Positions 57,624 through 64,000 of a stretch of DNA of 64,000 nt are shown one piece after another. Under the pieces are notes generated by a model. It was not told the origin of the DNA and did no database searches. It saw nothing but the letters and a program-made list of their open reading frames with translations. Numbering within the stretch: position 1 is the first letter of the stretch; every line of letters begins with the position of its first letter. This DNA is from the human T2T-CHM13v2.0 reference genome, Homo sapiens. The translations under genes and the position numbers were made by a program. The stretch is from assembly GCF_009914755.1 (NCBI RefSeq), contig NC_060936.1, one strand, 5' to 3'.

Positions 57624-60600
57624 AAAGAGTAAGGAGATTGAGGTTCAGGGGAGGTGAGTAGCATGCCTCCTACAGCTTGGTGCTGGCAGAGCCCACATTT
57701 GAATCCAGGATTTTGATTCCAAGCATATGGCTCATTTGGTTAAATCTGGTTAAAGGTGGCTCTTTTCTCTTCTTGTATCTTACTCTGCTCCTGAGATTGC
57801 CATATTCCCAGAGATTTCTCGTTGGAAAGACACTACCTTTTCTGAGGATGAATCCTGCTGTTTTTTAGTATTATTTTCTGTCTCCTCCTTAAGATGGGCA
57901 TCTTCTCAAAATTCCCATTCTTCCTGGATAAGCAGCTTTACAGCTGCCACAAATCCAGAATAAATACTACCCTCATACAGCATGTCGCACAAATGCCTGC
58001 CAAAGCCCCATATTAAGATGTACTCCTAAAATAAAGCTGTATTTTCTGGTGTCCCTTTCCTTCTAAAATCAGCTTATTGTAAAACACTATCCCCACTCCC
58101 TTCTTTAACGGGTCCTCTGGTCAGGCTTTAGTGGCCTTGTGTAAAATTCAGAATCTATCAGGATTTCAAACAGATGTAAAAGGAAGTAAATTTCTGAGCC
58201 CTCAACTTTGACAGTTCTCCCAATTTATTTGGCTAGATGTGACAGTAAAAGCCACAAAAAGAGGGCACTTGAAGAAAATGTTTTGGCCACAGTGTTTACA
58301 GTTAGTGCACTTGGAACCTTCACATGCCAGGCACAGATGGCAGGTGTCTGTAAGGAGCCACACAATAACCCAGCGCTTAGTGTGGGCCCTAAGGGGGACT
58401 GCATCAGGCCTAAAGGAGTTGGATATTGGCAAGTAAAATGTGAGTGAAACAGAAAATGTAGTCCACAACATCAGTTATGCTATTTGTAGTTGTCATGAAA
58501 TGAGCTGATAAAAATTTCAAAGTGTTGAGTTTTCAGGGTATATGTGTCACACCACGATTCCTGCAGAGGTTTGTTTGTTTGTTTGTTTCTGTTTTGGTCC
58601 AGATACATGCCAGAATAAGAGCAGTGGTTAGTTGAACTTAGTTTTTAATCCTGAGATGTAGAATTGTTTGGAAATCCTGTTTTTTCTTTTGTAGTATCTC
58701 CTGCAAGTTGACACATACATATTATCTATGAGAAAATTTAAAAATTCTTTTGATTTAGTATACCTTTGTGCATATTATTTTTCTCTCTCCATTTAGAGCA
58801 TTAAATGTATTGTTCTGGGTGTTCAGAAAGTAACATGGCCCTGCAGATTGTCTGATTTTTGTCTTTTCTTAAAAGCTTACTTCGACAAAGCTGTTGTTAG
58901 GGATTCTTTCTGTATATGAATTGTGTGTAGATCACATTTCGGTGCCCAATGCCTCTTCAGATATCCTAACAATTAAAGGAGACTTGAAAATTTAGTTTCA
59001 CAGAACATGTGCATCTGTCCCGCTCAAGCCTGATCGCTTCAAAGGTGGTAGGATAATTAGTAGCTAAATGAAACAAACATAAAGAGGAAGCGGAACAGTG
59101 GTAGTTATGTGCTGCATGTGATCACAGAGCTCATGGAGAAGACTGAAGGGGGCAGAATGCGTGGGTCAGCTGGAATAAGCGAGTCAATACTGAGTAGTTG
59201 GGAATCAACATCAGTGCTGCATGATAAGCAAAGATTGAATGCAGTTGGTCAGAGGAGGCCCACTGGAGAAGTGAAAATGTTTTATCAGATACAGAGGTGA
59301 CAGACCCAATAAGCAACATCACCTTCTGTAACCTCAAAAGTGGAGGAGGACTAAGCAGAGAACCAAGTAATGAGGAACCATGTTTTGTAAAGAAGGTGGC
59401 ATCACAATTAACATAGACTACTGTGGGCTCAGAAGCAGGCAGGATTCACTCACAGTGTACTTTTTAGATGAGGACATTTCAATACAGTCTTCTACTGAGA
59501 CATTCAAAGAATCTTAATGAAGTACAGCCTTCCTTTGGGCATTGTGAGGTCAGTTATATATCTTATCAGTAAATGTGCAGTGAGTCTGCATCCCCCCAAA
59601 AGAGCTGGACCTTTGATTAAGAATCTCTAGAGCCGTTCATCCTTTAGTAGTATGCAAAATGCTGGCCAAGGTGAAATGATTTAGTAATAACCTTCTATAC
59701 ATCAAAGTTGTGAATTTGTCTTTTGTTTATTTATGAAGGCAGGAAAGTTTAGTTTTGTTTTAAATTCATTTGGGGAGAAATATGTAAACCCTGAAGTCTT
59801 GAGCTCATTTCCCAAGTGGTCTAGACTTCTAGGTATTTTCGAGTGAAGCCATGACTTATCTGGTTGAGGCATAATGATGTTCCAAAGGGAAAACAGAGCT
59901 GAACATGGGTGTGGAATGTTCTATGTGTTGCTGTATATTCTAATCATTTTTATAGATAAAGATAGGAAGAGACATTCACATATGCTGATTGAAATTATGT
60001 TTGGAATTAGACTTTCTATTAAAATCAAAATAACACATGTAAGCCTCTTCAACTGTGTTATAAATTCTAATGGAGGGAACTCATCAAGGGCAAATATTTT
60101 TATCTTGAGCCTTGTTTTCTCTGATGATTAGTGCATTTATTAGAAGATTAACTACTCCTTTTAAAAAAAATCTTTAACAAAAATTATCTGACAGCCCAAG
60201 GAATTCTCAAGTTCCATTTCAGTGTTCAGGCAAACCAAATTATTATATTTCCAGATTTCCTCTTCTTTTGCTGCCATTCACAATGAAGGAGGAAAAAGCG
60301 GACTCCTTTGATGTGGAGAGAAAAAAAAAGCAATATATCACTTCCCTGAAAGAACATTTCTCAGTCTCTCATGTGAAAAAGGATTAGCACCTCCAACAAA
60401 GGTCCTGTGGATCACAGCATCGGGCAGCAATACCAAGCAGTACTCCTAAGGAGAGGAAAAACTGTATTTGAGCAAGAGTGTTTGTCCTGGCAAATAGAAG
60501 CTTTTTAATAACTGCAAATCTGAGATAATGGCATACGCTCCCTAAATCCTTAAGGACCAGACAGCTAGTTTAAATGGAGTGAAGTCAACTTTTGTTTTAC

Positions 60601-63595
60601 AATAGAAGTCTAGTCTTATCAAAATATAGTTTTTTCACTTAATGGTTTAGTCTGCCTATCTGTGGTTGATAAGGATTATGCGTATATGGATAAAATCGTT
60701 TGGAAGATTCATCATTGACCCTCTCTTATACAAGAAAAGTTCCATTATAAGGTCACTTGCTTCCATTTTGCACTAATAAGTTATTCAATAACCTGCAGAA
60801 TTAATTTATTAAGATTTTGATTGAATGTTTCTTAGAAGAAAAGAAAACCTGCCCTGACTTTCCAACACATTAAAGAATCTTTTTACAGTAGATATAAAGA
60901 GGCTTGTGGGAAGTAAGAAAATGGTAATTCATGTGTGATAGAAAAGCCAAGGAGAAAGTTTATCTGTTAAACAAGGTTTGGTTTTGCTAGACCTTCATTT
61001 GTTAGTCCTTTTTTCTGTATTATGCTTTCTAAAATTGAGACAGTGAAAAGAACCTGATTTAAAGTAATAATAATAACACCTTGTACTCGTGTAGTACTTG
61101 AGACTGTCTAAAATCCTCTCTGCAAGTCCACAGCTTTAAACAGTCTGGATAGCTTTGGCTGTCTGCTTTGCTTGATCCTGCTTGAATGGAAGTTTCTAAG
61201 TGGGAGGGGAGAAGGAGGCTGGTAGGGCTATCCGTATGAGCCCCATCATAAGGTGTATGATGCCAAATGATCCATCAGAGTTTCAGTCCAAAACCAAAAC
61301 TCCAGCAGCTCTTACTTTAATGTTATTAAATCAGGGTTTCTTCGTCCACACAGATACCTTATTGGAAGAAGATTTTATGGAATTGACTTTTTTAGGAACA
61401 AATTTTGGTCTTCAGTAGCTCGCCAGTAACCCTCTGACCTTTCAGTAAATATCCAACTAAAGCTTTGAAATTAGGGTATTTAGTGTTTTATGGCCCAGAA
61501 TAAAAATCTCCAATTCTGTTTCCAAATAGTGTAGCCTCAACACATTTTATTAAGCTCTTGACACATTCAGCCGTGTGTATTTTGTAAAGTTCCTATGGTT
61601 ATTGTTTTACAATAGTTGCTTGCAAAAGCATTGTAAGGGTTTCAATTAATCAGCCCTTTGTGCGCTTCAGACTATGCAAATTTATCACATCAAACCATTC
61701 AACTGCTCATGGGAAAGCCGTGTAAAAACTGTATTGTCTTCTAGCGCCTCCTCTCATTTAGAGTGATGTTTTAATAAGAAAGCTAATCAAGTTTTCTTAT
61801 GCATTATTTATCTGTTAACATGTAAGGAAGAGCCGAATTAAAATTATGTCAACCGGTATATGGCAAGTGATGTGATAGATCTGGAAATGATTCAACAACA
61901 GAACAAAGCCAATATGATTCAACAGTTTTTGTCTACTCCCCTCCCTCTGGGGATTATTTAAGGTGGTGGTGTGAAAAATAAAAGGAGGTTAATTCGATAG
62001 CTGGAAAAGGGGAGGGGAAGAACGGAATAACCACCTGTGTTAGCCTTAACATTTTGATTTAGAGATTTCATTTCTGAATGTATAAAGGCTCATTGAGATG
62101 AGTTTACTCAAAGCAAACCATGTCTTAATAGGAACAGTCAAACTTGAAAGCATTCCTACTGCTTCTTTGGCCCCATTTACCACCATATTCATCAGCAGTA
62201 AACTATTCCCCAATAGATATCTGCAACCCCAGGCCTCGTGAAAGTTATCAGGAGACAGTGTCTTGATGATGTTAAATGACCTGCACAACCCAGGAAGGAA
62301 TGAGCTGCTTTTCTGCCTCTCCAGCCAAAGTTAGTGCAACTGCAACTGCTCCTTCTATTCATTAAGTTGGTCTCCTTTGCTTTGCTAGTTTGCTTCCTGC
62401 TGAGAGTAATTAGGTTTCTTATATAATAATAATTCCTTGTATTTAGATGCAGCCTTTCTCTAAGGACCTTAAAGTACCTCTCAGACATTAGCTCATCTGT
62501 TCTTCTAACACAATTGCTTCATGAGATAGGTGCTAATTATTCCCGTTACAAAGAGCAAACAACTAAGGCTCACCAGAAAGTGGTGCTTCCCCCGCACCCC
62601 CAAAGTAACATATCAGTGGAACAGCATTGAGTCAAATTAAAGTCACCCAATTCCTCGATTCACCTGCTCTACATAGGTCTAAGAGTCCAAGGGGTGATGA
62701 ATTTTTTACAGACGGCATTTCCCCCACATTTATAAACCTCACTAATACTGGGCACTGGTTGAGTGTTCATCCCTTACTAAACACAGCTCTCTTCTTGCAC
62801 TGTGACTGATGGAGAAAAACCACAGCATCATTTCACCATTCAGTGTAAGGAGTGTAAAACTGTGCAGAATAAATAGCCTTGTCCAACTGCTGAGTATCTG
62901 CAGAAAGTAAAAGGAGGTAATTTAGACTTTGATTAGGATTATTTCAGCAGACCATCCTGCCAGATGTGCTCCACATCATTTAGAGCATTAGAAAGTGGCA
63001 AGCTGAATTGTATAAATGTATGCAATATATTTACGAAGTTTTCAATATTCACTCAGATGACTTGACATAAGCTACCTCCGCCTATCTGGAGTTGGGGCCC
63101 TGAACCTCTACTTCCCCAGCAATTGAGGGAAATGATTCTTTTTCTCTTTCCTCACTCAGAAAAGGAAGAGTAATAATATATATTAACCTCAGAGGGGTAA
63201 ATTTAATTCAAATGTGATTACACTTAGAAGGTAGACTTGCTAAATAAAAATGTAAAAATTAAAGCAGACTGTAATATTAAAATGAGAACTGGCCATCAGC
63301 AAAATTGAAACAATCTTCTAGTCAGGTCTCAACACACTGAAGTCACATCAAAAACATCTCTTGAATTAGAGATGGCATTACAGTTGTCTTCTGCAGTTGC
63401 CATTTGCTTTCCTGTCTTCATATGCTACTAGAATGTGTTAATTTTTCTTACCATTTTTTTCTTCTTTTCTTACCTTTTTTTTTCCTGCTTAAGATAGTCC
63501 ATTACACAGAGACAGTACACTAAAACCAGTATTTTTTAAAGGCCAAAAATGACTTGAATATGTCAGTTGCTGTTTAGAATTAGGAATACTTTTTA

Positions 63596-63860
63596 AGCCA
63601 GGCATGGTGGCTCACACCTTTAATCCCAGCCCTTTGACTTGAGTCCAGGAACTTGAGACCAGCCTGGGCAACATAGTGAGACCTCATCTCTACAAAAAAA
63701 AAAATTAAAAATTAGCTGGACGTGGTGGCACGCAGCTGGATGTGGTAGTCCCAGCTACTAGGGAGGCTGAAGTGGAAAGATCACTTGAGTGAGCCATGAT
63801 TGTGCCACTGCACTCCAGCCTGGACAAGAGAGTGAGACCCTGTCTAAGAAAAGAAAAAAT
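63596..63860 (+). mobile_element. AluJ with internal deletions
   Basis: Dimer lacking parts of both arms. Confidence 0.82.
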
Positions 63861-64000
63861 GAGTATGTTTAAAGACAACCAGATGATTCCTGAGATTAAC
63901 TTGACTTTTCCTGAGCAAGCCTATTCTTAAATGATTTCTATGTTGTTCTGTGAAGCCTTGGAAATAGAAATAACAAATTGGTGTAGGAGCCAGCAGTGTC

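Overview
Primate (almost certainly human) genomic DNA from inside POLR3B, which encodes RPC2, the second-largest subunit of RNA polymerase III, on the + strand. Ten GT-AG coding exons (1450 nt, about residues 422-904; exons 14-23 by recalled transcript numbering) splice into one open frame containing fork loop 2 and the [10 protein letters not shown] and [11 protein letters not shown] active-site motifs. From 34936 to the end of the window is one long intron; the next exon lies outside the window. That intron holds two full-length antisense L1s in tandem: an older L1PA6/7-like copy and a younger L1PA2-like copy nested in an Alu A-tail. The rest is Alus, L2, MIR, Tigger/Charlie DNA-transposon relics and MaLR solo LTRs. 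No wholly new system can be proven from sequence alone. The best candidate is the young L1's antisense promoter with an intact 71-aa ORF0 pointing in the POLR3B sense direction: its first splice donor is phase 1, matching the host intron, which predicts an in-frame ORF0-POLR3B C-terminal fusion. Other notable points are several templated/fold-back insertion scars, an ~80-bp unique segment that has two distant partial copies, and a strong 5' splice site re-created at the exon 21/22 junction.
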